A stretch of 64,000 nucleotides of DNA from Candidatus Bathyarchaeota archaeon (GCA_016930055.1 JAFGHP010000004.1:1857-65856), one strand, 5' to 3'. Numbered from the stretch's first letter, positions 17,881 to 31,070 are shown. A program made the numbers and translations. Notes: a model not told the origin generated them from the sequence alone.

Positions 17881-18891
17881 ATGTATAACATTGGAAAACA
17901 GTTAGATTCTTTTTTCGAAGCATATTCAGGAAACGTTCCTGGTGCTGCAATAGGGTTTAATAATAATGACGAAATTTTAATGAAAAATTATGGAATGAGA
18001 GATGTTGAAAAAAGTATTCCCGTTACGTCGGATACAACTTTCAGGTTAGCTTCATTAACAAAAGCATTCATGGCTACATCTATATTACTCCTAGTTGAAG
18101 ATAATAGATTACGTCTTAATAATTGTGTTAATGATGTAATTCCAGAATTCCCTGATTATGGGAAAAAAATTTCTATTAAAAATCTTTTAAATCATACTTC
18201 TGGATTAGCTAGTTATTCTGACACAGAGGTTATACATCAATTATTAGATGACGATGTTCTAATACAGTTAAAATCACATAACTCTACAGTTTTTCCTCCA
18301 GGTAGTAAATATGAATATTCAAATGCAGGTTATGTTTTATTAGGAATAATTGTTAGAGAAATTTCAGGGATGTCTTTACCAGAATTTATGCACAAAAATA
18401 TTTTCAATCCTCTTAAAATGGAAAATACAGTATTATTTTTGAAGGGATTTAATGAAGTAAGAAACCGTGCTTATGGCTATACTAAAACTGCAAATGGATT
18501 CTTTTTAAATGATCAGAGTAAAACAAGTGCTTTACTTGGAGATGGAGGAGTCTACTCTTCAGTAATTGATATGATGAAATGGGACGAATCAGTTACTTCT
18601 GAAAAATTGCTAAGTCATGTAACTTTAGTAGAAGCCTCAACTCCAAGTAAACTCAACAATGGTGAGAAAATAAATTATGGTTATGGTTGGCATTTAGCTG
18701 AATTTCATGACCTTAAATGCGTCTATCATTCAGGTTCAACAGCTGGATTCAGAAATTTAATTGTTAGAATACCCGAGAAGAAAACTTCTTTCATTATTCT
18801 TACAAATAGAGAAATAGTTGATGTAAATACTGAGGACAAAGATTCATTACTTGGTGCAAGAGAAGATTTTTTCAGGATATTTTCAATATAA
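17881..18891 (+). CDS. Serine hydrolase, beta-lactamase/DD-peptidase (class C-like) family
   Basis: SxxK motif FRLASLTKAF and YSN motif YEYSNAGY. No signal peptide. Confidence 0.8.
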   Translation: MYNIGKQLDSFFEAYSGNVPGAAIGFNNNDEILMKNYGMRDVEKSIPVTSDTTFRLASLTKAFMATSILLLVEDNRLRLNNCVNDVIPEFPDYGKKISIKNLLNHTSGLASYSDTEVIHQLLDDDVLIQLKSHNSTVFPPGSKYEYSNAGYVLLGIIVREISGMSLPEFMHKNIFNPLKMENTVLFLKGFNEVRNRAYGYTKTANGFFLNDQSKTSALLGDGGVYSSVIDMMKWDESVTSEKLLSHVTLVEASTPSKLNNGEKINYGYGWHLAEFHDLKCVYHSGSTAGFRNLIVRIPEKKTSFIILTNREIVDVNTEDKDSLLGAREDFFRIFSI

Positions 18892-18917
18892 CATCCTAAT
18901 AGTTCATAATAAATTAA

Positions 18918-20039
18918 TTAAAATAGGAATAGTGGCGGTAAAGTTATCTTAGTTATAGGGATTTTTGTCATTGCTTTGATTCTTTCGAGTTCCATTTCTT
19001 CTTCAGGAGTAACTATTGTTATTGCGTTCCCCGATTTTCCTGCTCTTGCTGTTCTTCCTACACGATGAAAGTACATGTTGGGGTCAGTTGGAATATCATA
19101 ATTTATTATCCATGGTACATCTTCAATATCTAAACCTCGGGCAGCTAGCTCTGTAGCAATCATAAGACTGAATTTTTCTTCTCTGAATCCATCTAAAACT
19201 TGTTGTCTACGAGCTTGGGTGTAATCTCCATGCATTGCTTCAACGCTGAATCCTGATTGGTTTAGAGTGTTCTGTAATTCGTCAACTGTGACCTTCATTC
19301 TACAAAAGATTATACAGCGTTCAATTTCATAGAAATCGATTAAACGTTTAAGAGTTTCATCTTTCTCGTAAGGTGGAACAAGAATATAATATTGTTCAAT
19401 GTCAGTTACCCCCAACTCGTCTCTGCTTACATTAACAAACTCCGCGTCTGGCATGTAACGATTACTTATTCGCATTGTACGTTCATCAATTGTGGCACTC
19501 CATAGACTGATCTGCTTCTTTCTAGGTGTTTGTTTAAGGATATATTCGATATCATCAATGAAACCCATATCTAACATATTGTCAGCTTCGTCTAGAACCA
19601 GCACTTTAATTTCTTTCAAATATAATGTACCACGTTTAATATGGTCAATTATTCTTCCTGGAGTTCCTACAATAATACTTGGATTACGCCTTAATTCATT
19701 AATTTGTTTATCGATGCTTACACCACCGTAGACACTGATTGCTTTTACTTTCGTATATTTTGCATAATTATTCAAATCGTCAGTAATTTGTTGAGCCAAT
19801 TCTCGTGTAGGTGCTAAAACTAATGCATGAGTCTTGTTTTCAACATTTTTTAATTTTTCAACCATTGGTATACCAAAGCTAGCTGTTTTACCGGTTCCAG
19901 TTTTAGCTTGACCAATAATATTTTTGCCTTGAAGTAAAAGAGGTATAGATTTTTCTTGAATAGGAAACATCTCAACATAACCTAGATCATTGATGGCTTT
20001 TTTGATCTTTTCACTGATTTCTAAATGTTCAAAGTTCAT
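18918..20039 (-). CDS. DEAD-box ATP-dependent RNA helicase
   Basis: Q-motif FPIQ, motif I AKTGTGKT, PTRELA, DEAD, SAT and HRVGRTARAG are all present. Confidence 0.9.
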   Translation of the reverse strand: MNFEHLEISEKIKKAINDLGYVEMFPIQEKSIPLLLQGKNIIGQAKTGTGKTASFGIPMVEKLKNVENKTHALVLAPTRELAQQITDDLNNYAKYTKVKAISVYGGVSIDKQINELRRNPSIIVGTPGRIIDHIKRGTLYLKEIKVLVLDEADNMLDMGFIDDIEYILKQTPRKKQISLWSATIDERTMRISNRYMPDAEFVNVSRDELGVTDIEQYYILVPPYEKDETLKRLIDFYEIERCIIFCRMKVTVDELQNTLNQSGFSVEAMHGDYTQARRQQVLDGFREEKFSLMIATELAARGLDIEDVPWIINYDIPTDPNMYFHRVGRTARAGKSGNAITIVTPEEEMELERIKAMTKIPITKITLPPLFLF

Positions 20040-20256
20040 TTTATTCTAATATTCCTTTTTCATGATTCTGGAAACTAAGGCATCATATAAAGAATTGCAA
20101 TAATAACTATTTCGCTGAAAGTTTTTTTCACATATTTTTACCTCTTAAATTGTAATTATCTATTTGTTTTACCCAAATATACTTGAATATAATGATGGTG
20201 TATTTATTTCAATGAGATCTGGAGAGATTTAACTGTCTAGCGATTATTCACAAAGG

Positions 20257-21780
20257 TTGAGGGAAGCAGCTCAAGGAAGTTTCCTGCTGCTTGTAGGACA
20301 AATAGTCTCAACCGTAGTTCTTGCTGTTGCTGTCATTATTGTTGCTGGTTTACTTGGTTCAGAAAAATATGGTCAATACACTGTCGTTATGGTTCCAGTT
20401 AATATCGCTACATTATTAATGGATTTTGGAACTAATTCTAGCTTAACTAGATCATTAGCAATATATCATAGTAGTGGTCAAAAAGTAGAAGCTAGAAAAT
20501 CTGTTATAAATGGATTATTTATAAACATTATATCTGCTTTAATATTCTCTATTGGAGTTTATCATTTCTCAGATTTAATTTCTGATAACTTTCTTAATAG
20601 ACCTGAACTCGGAAGTTTATTAAAAATTGCTTCGTTCTGTGTATTGGGTAACGCCTTAATTAACACTACTAATTCAGTTTTCCTTGGATTAGGTAGAATC
20701 GAGTTACGCAGTCTAAACAGCATGTTTTTTGCTGTAACAAAAGCAGTCGCCACACTTCTCCTCGTGTATCTTGGATATGGTGTATCAGGTTATGTTGGAG
20801 GAAGAATGGCAATGCTTCTCCTATCGGGCTTAGTTGGAATGATCTTAGTCTATTTTATTGTTAAAAATAGTGAAAATTTTTCTATAAAAATTGAATTTAG
20901 TGAAGTATCCTATTTGCTTAAAACAGGTGTACCTTTTTATCTTTCATCATTGGTAAGTAATGGCTTAAATCAAATTTATAATAGTCTAATGGTAATATAT
21001 GCATCAACAGTTGAGATAGGAAATTATGGTGTAGCATTAAATTTTGCAGTTTTAGCTAGTTTTCTGACTGGTCCAATTGGAACCATGCTTTTCCCTTTAT
21101 TCAGCCGTTATATCCCTAAAGATCCTACACTAAAAATGCTTTACCAAGATTCTGTTAAGTATGTCTCATTAATCACGTTACCTGGCGCGTTAGCTTTAAT
21201 AGCTCTTGCTGATCCTATGGTTACAATAATTTATGATAATGGTTATCCTTTTGCATCTTATTTCCTAAAAATATACCTTCTAGGATATCTTTTAGCAGGT
21301 TTAGGCAGCATCTCTAATGGAAATTTTTTAAATGGTCAAGGTAGAGCTGACATTAATTTAAGATGTAGTATAATCAATCTTGTTGTTGGAGGAATTTTAG
21401 GATTATACATAATACCAAGATACTCAATTGTGGGATTAATAATAGCATTAATTTCTACTCCTATTACCGGCTTAACATATTCTCATTGGTTCATTAAAAA
21501 AACATATAATTTTTCATTTAATTTGGATTCGTCTCTAAGAATCTATATTTCCTCTTTTTCAGCATTTTTAGTTTGTCATATATTTGTTACTTTAATAGAT
21601 TTGAATCGTTGGTTAATTTTTATTTTAGGCGGAATATTATTTGTAGTAATTTATCTAATTGGACTTAAAATTACTAAAGTAATACAAAAACGTGATTATG
21701 AAATATTTATCACCATTTTAGGAGAAAACCCTATCACTAATCCTATTAAAAAAATAATAAAAATTTATGAAGATTTATAG
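20257..21780 (+). CDS. Oligosaccharide/polysaccharide flippase (MOP/Wzx-like)
   Basis: About 14-TM, 507-aa protein with LLGSEKYGQY, typical of the Wzx/MurJ-type MOP superfamily. TTG start. Stop TAG is followed immediately by TAA. Confidence 0.75.
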   Translation: MREAAQGSFLLLVGQIVSTVVLAVAVIIVAGLLGSEKYGQYTVVMVPVNIATLLMDFGTNSSLTRSLAIYHSSGQKVEARKSVINGLFINIISALIFSIGVYHFSDLISDNFLNRPELGSLLKIASFCVLGNALINTTNSVFLGLGRIELRSLNSMFFAVTKAVATLLLVYLGYGVSGYVGGRMAMLLLSGLVGMILVYFIVKNSENFSIKIEFSEVSYLLKTGVPFYLSSLVSNGLNQIYNSLMVIYASTVEIGNYGVALNFAVLASFLTGPIGTMLFPLFSRYIPKDPTLKMLYQDSVKYVSLITLPGALALIALADPMVTIIYDNGYPFASYFLKIYLLGYLLAGLGSISNGNFLNGQGRADINLRCSIINLVVGGILGLYIIPRYSIVGLIIALISTPITGLTYSHWFIKKTYNFSFNLDSSLRIYISSFSAFLVCHIFVTLIDLNRWLIFILGGILFVVIYLIGLKITKVIQKRDYEIFITILGENPITNPIKKIIKIYEDL

Positions 21781-21981
21781 TAAGAATTATTCTAAATCAG
21801 TTTCTTGATTGATATTAATTAGACATTAAAATGATTTGTAGAAGTTTAACCATTTATATATACTGCTTATCACTACCTACAAGTTATAAGATGTTCTTTT
21901 TTGTTTATATTTAGAGTTTTATACTAAAGAATTTAATATAATTTTAATAATTTTAAATAATTTTTTATAAATTACTTTAAT

Positions 21982-23106
21982 TCAAAAAAACTGGTTAAAA
22001 GGATATATTGTAAAAGGCCACTCGCTCCATCCAATAGCTGATGGCCAGTTAAACAGTATGAAAGGCAATGACATTAAACTTAGTAAGATAAAGTAAACTA
22101 GAAATGTGATAACAATTTCTTTTTTAGTTTCTGGTATAGATTTATTTATGATCAGTCTCAATGGTGAAGTAACAATATTTGTAATTATTTTAGGTAGAGG
22201 AAACAGAAAAGGCGTTTTTTCTCTATAAGTAGAATATTCAGTTTTGTTGTGTTCTAACATTTGGTTTTCTTCATTTAATGCGATACAGATTACAACTAAA
22301 TTTGATATCAACCAAGGGAGGCTTGCACCCGGGTTAGCTCCGCCTCTAACCACCGGAGTTAAAGATGCGAAGAGCATTATTCCATAACTCCAAATTAACC
22401 AACCAAGATATTGGGGATGACGTGAATATTTATATAACCAAAAATCTGCTACATTGTTTCCCTTGAAACGCGTATAAAACCATGCAATTGTACTCTGTAT
22501 AAAAATAAACGTTCCAAAAATAATTAAAAGATAAATTAATACTACTCTTAAATCTAAATGCATGTTACCCATATAAAAATGGGTTAATCTATTCTCGTGT
22601 AAAAATTTATAAAGAAAGAAATTGGAGTCTAAATTAACGAAAGAAGAAAAAAATGTAAGAATATAACTTATTAACATATAAGGAAGATAAATAATATCAC
22701 CTAATTTTAGTACATTAAGAGAAATTCCCCATAAAGGCATCCAAATAAGACGGAGAACCCCTAATCCTGATAAGAAAAACATGTAAGATACAAAATAACC
22801 AAATGTAGGCAAGAACATCATTATAGAACCAATCGTTGAAAAAGTTGTTTTTTTGGTAAGAAACCCAACAAGTATTAAAATTAAAATAATTCCTAAACAA
22901 CCATAACCTATTGGTCTTAAATTGTTTTTGACAATAAATTCCTCAATTAGATCAGGAGTTATCGCAGGATTATAATCTGGAATCTTCAAAAAATCTATTA
23001 AAAACCGATTTAATAGAATAGGAACTTCGAGAGTAAAAAAAGTTAATGCTATAGTAAATATTACAGCTAACCCTGTCAAACCAATAAGTGTACTTTTTTC
23101 TCTCAA
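21982..23106 (-). CDS. Polytopic membrane protein containing an ICMT/PEMT-type methyltransferase core
   Basis: YKYSRHPQYLGWLIWSYGIML carries the RHPxY-hh-G motif of isoprenylcysteine carboxyl/phospholipid methyltransferases, plus ...EE..L...F..Y..Y. It is embedded in a 374-aa multi-TM protein. Confidence 0.65.
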   Translation of the reverse strand: MREKSTLIGLTGLAVIFTIALTFFTLEVPILLNRFLIDFLKIPDYNPAITPDLIEEFIVKNNLRPIGYGCLGIILILILVGFLTKKTTFSTIGSIMMFLPTFGYFVSYMFFLSGLGVLRLIWMPLWGISLNVLKLGDIIYLPYMLISYILTFFSSFVNLDSNFFLYKFLHENRLTHFYMGNMHLDLRVVLIYLLIIFGTFIFIQSTIAWFYTRFKGNNVADFWLYKYSRHPQYLGWLIWSYGIMLFASLTPVVRGGANPGASLPWLISNLVVICIALNEENQMLEHNKTEYSTYREKTPFLFPLPKIITNIVTSPLRLIINKSIPETKKEIVITFLVYFILLSLMSLPFILFNWPSAIGWSEWPFTIYPFNQFF

Positions 23107-23250
23107 GCCTAATCAGATAAATCTACAATAATAAATATATTATCCTAAGGTTTAGAACAAGTGTACTAAAAATTTTAATTAGTATTAAATAAATAAAATT
23201 TATTTATAAAAACATTAATTTTTTTAAAGGACATTAAATTTACTAATTAT

Positions 23251-24075
23251 ATGAATTCATTTACTAACGCTGCTCAAATTTTTGAAATAATTAATAATCT
23301 TCGTCCTGAAATGATTAAATTTATACAATCAATTATTGCTTTAATAATAATTTTTTCTCTTTACAAAATAATAAGTAACCAAATTGATCGTTTCGGTTTA
23401 AGAATTGAACTTGATTATCATAGCTTGAATTCTATACGATTAATTCTAAGAGTAATAAGTATAATGATTACAGGAAGCATACTTTTTACTATATTTGAGT
23501 TACCTACTGATTTATTCATTGGAGGAAGTGCATTAATTGGAGCTGTAGTTGGTTTTGGGAGTAGTCAAACAATAAATAATATTGCAGCAGGTTTTTATGT
23601 TCTAATAAGTAGACCTTTCAAAGTAAAAGATTATGTTAAAATTGGAGATGTAGAAGGCCAAGTTGAAGAAGTTTCAATTAATTATACTAAATTGTATACC
23701 CCTAGTTTTAATTTAATTTTAATTCCAAATACTCAAGTTATGAATAACCGTATTTTGAATTGTACTCATGAAGATTTTATAAAATATACCTTTACTGTAC
23801 AGATACCTCAGAGTGAACTAAATAATTCTGAAATTATTTCAGAATGTATTTCACCAGCCATAGATGAATATATGAACAAGCATAAAGATATGCAAATACG
23901 CCGTCCTGAATATTTTTTTGAACAAAATTCACCATCATTCCGTAATTTTAAAATCAGAATATTTATACCGAAAGGAGAAGCAAAAAGTCTTTACACTTTA
24001 CAACCCGAATTATATATTCTAATTATTAATTATTGGGATAAAGCAAAAATAGAAAGAGCACAAAGGAAAAAATAA
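23251..24075 (+). CDS. Small-conductance mechanosensitive channel (MscS family)
   Basis: GFGSSQTINNIAAGFYVLISRPFKVKDYVKIGDVEGQVEEVSINYTKL. Confidence 0.8.
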   Translation: MNSFTNAAQIFEIINNLRPEMIKFIQSIIALIIIFSLYKIISNQIDRFGLRIELDYHSLNSIRLILRVISIMITGSILFTIFELPTDLFIGGSALIGAVVGFGSSQTINNIAAGFYVLISRPFKVKDYVKIGDVEGQVEEVSINYTKLYTPSFNLILIPNTQVMNNRILNCTHEDFIKYTFTVQIPQSELNNSEIISECISPAIDEYMNKHKDMQIRRPEYFFEQNSPSFRNFKIRIFIPKGEAKSLYTLQPELYILIINYWDKAKIERAQRKK

Positions 24076-24099
24076 TTTTAAAAACTTTTAACACAATTT

Positions 24100-24381
24100 T
24101 TAACTACATAATTCTACACAGCGTTGTTTTGCATATGTCCATGCAGAAAATTTACATTGAGAGTCATTAGATATTATAAAAGGGTCTTCACCAAACATCA
24201 TGTAACCTTCCCAAAGTTCCTTAAAACTCATGCCTTCTTTGTATCCTTGATTCATGAATTCATCAATAATCGCTTTACATGCTGCAATTGCTTCTTCGCA
24301 GCTATTAAATTCACCAAGTTTGTATCGTTCTTCCTCATCACCCATGTGGAAATTGTCATCTACGTAAACAGTATACTTCAT
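24100..24381 (-). CDS. Hypothetical small soluble protein
   Basis: 93-aa ORF with balanced, acidic composition. The overlapping + strand ORF 24124..24405 is Phe/Cys-rich and looks like an antisense artefact. Confidence 0.45.
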   Translation of the reverse strand: MKYTVYVDDNFHMGDEEERYKLGEFNSCEEAIAACKAIIDEFMNQGYKEGMSFKELWEGYMMFGEDPFIISNDSQCKFSAWTYAKQRCVELCS

Positions 24382-24567
24382 AAAGCCACCAATGGATTTG
24401 AATAGGTTCCTTGGTTATAAAAATTAAATTAATATTATATTGGTTTTTGATTATTATCTTCAAACTTAAAAGGTTCATCAATTGGTTTATTTTGGATTCT
24501 TAGATTGAATTTTTCTAAGCATTAGATCATTTTATTTTTTTATCTTAAAAATAACATTTTTAAAAAG

Positions 24568-25173
24568 TTATGATATAACTATATCAACATCATCCAAATA
24601 ATAGGTTAGTTCTGTCTCCCATCTCACAGATATTCCAAAAGAAATATAGAGGTTCTCTTCTTTTCCAGAAATTATTTCATTAAAAGTGTATGTTTTCCAA
24701 CCACTAATTTGGTTTGCTGGACCTAATATAAAGAAATCATTTTCGCTTTCAGGATTTTCTGAACTTATTGAAATTACTACTACTGCTAAAGTGTTGAAAC
24801 TTTCGGATTCACTATAAAACTGTAAAGAACCTTTTACTGATGTATATCCAACAACATTACCTATGTTTCTCTCTATCCATATGGTTCCATCATCTTGTCT
24901 TCCATCAATGGTTAATTTTAAAGAGTGTTTACCTGTTTTTACTGTTTCATCACTTACAGTGATATTCCACGAAACTTTATTTCCTGGATTATTTGGATCA
25001 TCAGGTAGATCACTGTCAGGAACCCATAAACCTATTCCTTGCTCAAAACCCTCGAAAACTCGGATTTCTATAGGGCTGGGATTCATAAAAAGATAATAAC
25101 CCAATGTAAAAATTATTAATATAAAGAAAAACCAATTGATAAAAGAATATTTATTCTGATGCATATAGTTCAA
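24568..25173 (-). CDS. Membrane-anchored extracytoplasmic protein, possibly a galactose-binding/CBM4_9-like beta-sandwich
   Basis: An N-terminal TM helix is followed by FEGFEQGIGLW...GKHSLKL, a pattern reminiscent of CBM-type jelly-rolls. The fold call is weak. Confidence 0.45.
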   Translation of the reverse strand: MNYMHQNKYSFINWFFFILIIFTLGYYLFMNPSPIEIRVFEGFEQGIGLWVPDSDLPDDPNNPGNKVSWNITVSDETVKTGKHSLKLTIDGRQDDGTIWIERNIGNVVGYTSVKGSLQFYSESESFNTLAVVVISISSENPESENDFFILGPANQISGWKTYTFNEIISGKEENLYISFGISVRWETELTYYLDDVDIVIS

Positions 25174-25234
25174 ATATTTTTTATGAATATTTCTTTATAA
25201 ATTTAATAATTATTTAGATTATTATTTTATTTAA

Positions 25235-26566
25235 TTATTTTGAGTTATTACTATCTTCTTTTTTTGTTTCTTCTACAGGATTTATTGTTTCGAAACTAAT
25301 TATATTACTTTCAGTTGAAGTGGATTTTAGCTTCTCTAAGTTTTTATCATCGAATCCAAAATAGAAGACCACTGCAGCAATCATACCAACTAATCCAGAT
25401 AAATAGTATGGTGCTTGAGGGTATAGTGCATCCCACATCCATCCCCCTAAAATTCCTGCTGGGAAACCGAATAATGAAGAAAGTGTGCTTTGCATTCCTA
25501 TTACTGTCGCTAATTTACTTGATTCTACAGTATCAGCTAACAATGCGTTCCAAGCTGGTCCGCCCGCAGCTATACCTCCACCACCAATAGCCATAGCTAA
25601 ACCATTAGCATATCTAACAAAAGAATAAGCTTCAAAACTAGTAGTGTTAGCTATTAACATCATAGTTATAGGATTAGATATTCTGCTTAACATAATGTTG
25701 TTTTTACGACCATATTTATCACTAATCATACCACTTGGTAATGCAAATATTGTAGATATAATTCCAACAACAGTAGTTATTACTCCAAGCTGAGTATTAG
25801 TTAGTTTTAGGATATCCAATGCATATAGGTTACCCAAATTCATTACTAATCGCATACTAATACTTCCTAAAATAGCTACAACCAACATTACTTTCAAATT
25901 TTTAGGGTAGTCTTTTACAATATTCAAAGAAGGCAAATCTTTCTTTTTTATAGTTTCACTAGAATCTGATATATCTTTCATAAATCTCCATCTAATATAA
26001 GTAACAAGCAAAGAAGTTAAGATCTGTAAAATTAAAAAAGTCTTTAACCCTTCTTCGTACCCATAATTATCCATTACTATACCACCAATTGTAGGGCTGA
26101 AAATATTTGGTAAACTAGTTATCATGTTATATGCTCCATAACCTGTTCCTCTACGATTTCTAGGCATAGAATCAGCAATTAATGAATTAAAAGCAGGAGT
26201 ATAGAGACTCATAGTACCATTGATAATAGTAGCTAGAATAATCCACTCCCAACTTGGAGCAAAAAGATAAATTATCGGTGAAAATGTACGTAAAAAAGTG
26301 CCCCATATTATAACCTTCTTACGTCCATATTTGTCAGCAAGTAAACCGCCTGGAAGCTGGAAAAGCATATTCTCTACGCTTTGTATTGCTGACAATAATC
26401 CTATTATGGTAACCGTTGCCCCAAGATTATCTTTTAAATACATTGGCCAGAATGGACGCCAAGCCATGCCAACAAAATTAAATAAAGCTGAGGATAATGA
26501 AATGGACAAAATATTTCTGTTAGAAAATACATCTTTAATCATTTTACTAAATTCATTAATAGCCAT
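25235..26566 (-). CDS. MFS transporter (close paralog of 46281..47516)
   Basis: GGLLADKYGRKKV motif and a 12-TM profile. There are long stretches of identity with the 46281 gene. Confidence 0.85.
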   Translation of the reverse strand: MAINEFSKMIKDVFSNRNILSISLSSALFNFVGMAWRPFWPMYLKDNLGATVTIIGLLSAIQSVENMLFQLPGGLLADKYGRKKVIIWGTFLRTFSPIIYLFAPSWEWIILATIINGTMSLYTPAFNSLIADSMPRNRRGTGYGAYNMITSLPNIFSPTIGGIVMDNYGYEEGLKTFLILQILTSLLVTYIRWRFMKDISDSSETIKKKDLPSLNIVKDYPKNLKVMLVVAILGSISMRLVMNLGNLYALDILKLTNTQLGVITTVVGIISTIFALPSGMISDKYGRKNNIMLSRISNPITMMLIANTTSFEAYSFVRYANGLAMAIGGGGIAAGGPAWNALLADTVESSKLATVIGMQSTLSSLFGFPAGILGGWMWDALYPQAPYYLSGLVGMIAAVVFYFGFDDKNLEKLKSTSTESNIISFETINPVEETKKEDSNNSK

Positions 26567-26744
26567 TTCGTTACCCCGTATTTCTAGTATATAGAAAATA
26601 CCTTATATATAACTAGAAAGGTTTAAATTTTAAAAAAAATTAATAGTAATGATTATTTTTTCAAGTTGGTAAATAGTCTTATAATTTCTGTAAACAGGTT
26701 CTGAAATTTTTTATTGTATGATTGTATTATTTATTGAGAAAGTT

Positions 26745-27494
26745 ATGAAAGAAGTTTTATTATATAAATTAACTTGGCCAGAGATCCAAGATTATTTGAG
26801 AGAGAATGATGTAATTCTTTTTCCTACAGGGTCTACTGAGCAGCATGGTAAGCATATTGCGGAAGATAATGATGCGTTTACTGCTTTAGAAGTTGCTAAA
26901 AGAGTAGCTGAGAAAACCGGTGTTCTTGTTGCTCCTGTTATGCCTTTCGGGTATTCTCCTCATCATATGCATTTTCCTGGTACCATTACTTTGCCTTTTG
27001 AAGTTTTGGTGCAGGTCTATAAAGAGGTATGTAAAAGCCTCATGAAGCATGGCTTCAATAAGATAGTAATAATGAATGGTCATGGTGGAAACAGTAACGC
27101 AATAAGTGAAACTTTAAGAAAACTAAAAGAAGAGACTGGTATGACAGTATATAGTTTGATGGTTTTTCCTGGAGGCTGGGTTCCTGAAATAACTAATCAA
27201 ACAATTGAGACAAGAGGAGGACATGCTGATGAGATGGAAACATCTGTTGGATTATATCTCGGTCAAAGAATATTGTTTGAGAAGGGAGAAAAGGGGGTCC
27301 AACCTGAATCTTATAGTGAACTCCGTAGAAAATATCGTGGAAAAATAACAGTTGCTAGCGATTTCCATGAAACCACCATATCAGGATCTATTGGTGATCC
27401 AACTTACGCAACTTATGAAAAAGGCAAAAAAATCATGGAAGCAGGAATAGAAGAAATAGTAAAATTCATTGAGGACCTAAAAAAAATTAGTTGA
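26745..27494 (+). CDS. Creatininase/ArfB-family amidohydrolase
   Basis: ILFPTGSTEQHGKHIAEDND...MNGHGGN...GGHADEMETS. I prefer the ATG at 26745 over 26718. Confidence 0.8.
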   Translation: MKEVLLYKLTWPEIQDYLRENDVILFPTGSTEQHGKHIAEDNDAFTALEVAKRVAEKTGVLVAPVMPFGYSPHHMHFPGTITLPFEVLVQVYKEVCKSLMKHGFNKIVIMNGHGGNSNAISETLRKLKEETGMTVYSLMVFPGGWVPEITNQTIETRGGHADEMETSVGLYLGQRILFEKGEKGVQPESYSELRRKYRGKITVASDFHETTISGSIGDPTYATYEKGKKIMEAGIEEIVKFIEDLKKIS

Positions 27495-27548
27495 AAATAG
27501 TTACTTTTTAAAAATATTTTTAAAAACAAGTTATCAGAAAAAATGCCA

Positions 27549-29744
<2,196 letters not shown>

Positions 29745-29767
29745 TTAAAAATTTTAATTTAAAAAAA

Positions 29768-30292
29768 TTAGTTAATTTTAATGTTTACTCCTTTTGGAGG
29801 TTCTGGTTCTTTCTTTTTAAAGGTAACTTGTAGTATCCCATTTGTATAACATGCATCAGCGGTATTTGGATCGATTTTTATATTAAGCGGTATACTTGTA
29901 TCATAAGATTTTCCGCCATTTTTTGCAGAAATTTCTACATTATTTTCGGTAGCGTTTACTTTAATGTTGTCTTTGTTTGCACCCGGCATCTCAGCAATTA
30001 ACTTTACAGTTCCTTCTTTTTCATCGACACTAATATCAACTAGTGGTTCACGTGTTCCGAGTTCTAATCTCCCTTGACGGGGTCTAATATTTCCGAATTC
30101 TTTTATTTGTGGTTTACCATCTGGTCCAATGTTTACTTGATAACCATAATACCAAGTATGTGTATTGGGATCCTTCTCTAGATCTTCCCACATTCTATTT
30201 ATTGCTTGGTCGAACTCCCAAAAATCTCTGGTCATTTCACTCCAGAGGTCTTCAAAGGGGTTTCTCCTTCTTCTCCAAGTCATATTTATCAC
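29768..30292 (-). CDS. hsp20: Hsp20/alpha-crystallin small heat-shock protein
   Basis: Alpha-crystallin core VDISVDEKEGTVKLIAEMPGANKDNIKVNATENNVEISA...YTNGILQVTFKK. It lies 35 nt upstream of cdc48 on the same strand. Confidence 0.85.
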   Translation of the reverse strand: MINMTWRRRRNPFEDLWSEMTRDFWEFDQAINRMWEDLEKDPNTHTWYYGYQVNIGPDGKPQIKEFGNIRPRQGRLELGTREPLVDISVDEKEGTVKLIAEMPGANKDNIKVNATENNVEISAKNGGKSYDTSIPLNIKIDPNTADACYTNGILQVTFKKKEPEPPKGVNIKIN

Positions 30293-30328
30293 TGTTTTGA
30301 ATTGGGTACGCCTGGCTTATAAATATTA

Positions 30329-30386
30329 TGTCAAAATGTAGTAAATATGACAAATAGTAATGTTTTAAAGGTAGTTGTCAAAAGTG
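30329..30386. promoter_or_regulatory. Three TGTCA-containing half-sites in the divergent hsp20 / ACT-gene intergenic region
   Basis: TGTCAAAATGT (30329-30339), TGACAAAT (30348-30355, inverted) and TGTCAAAAGTG (30376-30386). A TTATAAATA TATA-like box lies at about 30316-30327. Confidence 0.25.
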
Positions 30387-30416
30387 TTAAATTAGTAAAG
30401 TTAGAGGTTAAATAAC

Positions 30417-31070
30417 ATGTCTAGCAGAGCATCTGTTCAAGATATAGTAAGGGTCATAGTAAGCCGTAATCCCTACATTTATAGGGGTTTAAGAATGCGT
30501 GTCGTTAATTATAGTGCTTTAGCTAGGTATATTCAAGAAGATGTTGAGGGTTTAATAGGAGATGAAGTTGACCCAAATACAATTGTAACAGCAATTATGA
30601 GGTTAAGTAATCAAATTTTTGAACCACAAGAAGTTAACAGCCCTTTTTATGCGAGTAGATTAAATCTAATCACAGGTATATCAGAAGTGTTAATAAAAGC
30701 TCCACCAGTTAAACATAGTGAAATTATAAAAAAAATTGTTGATCTAAAAGTTTTTGATAGTTATATGACTAGTTTACGTCAATCTTCTACAGGAATTAAA
30801 ATTTTCACTAACTCTCCTGATGCAGACAAAGTTAGAGATGAACTAAGATATTACACTGTAGATATTAAAGAAAGATACGCTCAAATTGTCATCCGATTGC
30901 CATCAGATTTAGATGGTTTAGAGGGGGCATTAACAATAGTTGTTGATGCTTTAGCTCAGAATGGAGTACATGCAATTGACACAAATATCTCAGAGAATGA
31001 AATCAGTTTAGTGCTTAAAGAAGATAATGCAGGACATGCATTTGAAGCTCTCAGAGCCTTAATGAGATAA
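30417..31070 (+). CDS. Hypothetical protein with an ACT-like C-terminal domain
   Basis: The C-terminus AQIVIRLPSDLDGLEGALTIVVDALAQNGVHAIDTNISENEISLVLKEDNAGHAFEALRALM resembles aspartokinase-type ACT domains. Confidence 0.4.
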   Translation: MSSRASVQDIVRVIVSRNPYIYRGLRMRVVNYSALARYIQEDVEGLIGDEVDPNTIVTAIMRLSNQIFEPQEVNSPFYASRLNLITGISEVLIKAPPVKHSEIIKKIVDLKVFDSYMTSLRQSSTGIKIFTNSPDADKVRDELRYYTVDIKERYAQIVIRLPSDLDGLEGALTIVVDALAQNGVHAIDTNISENEISLVLKEDNAGHAFEALRALMR

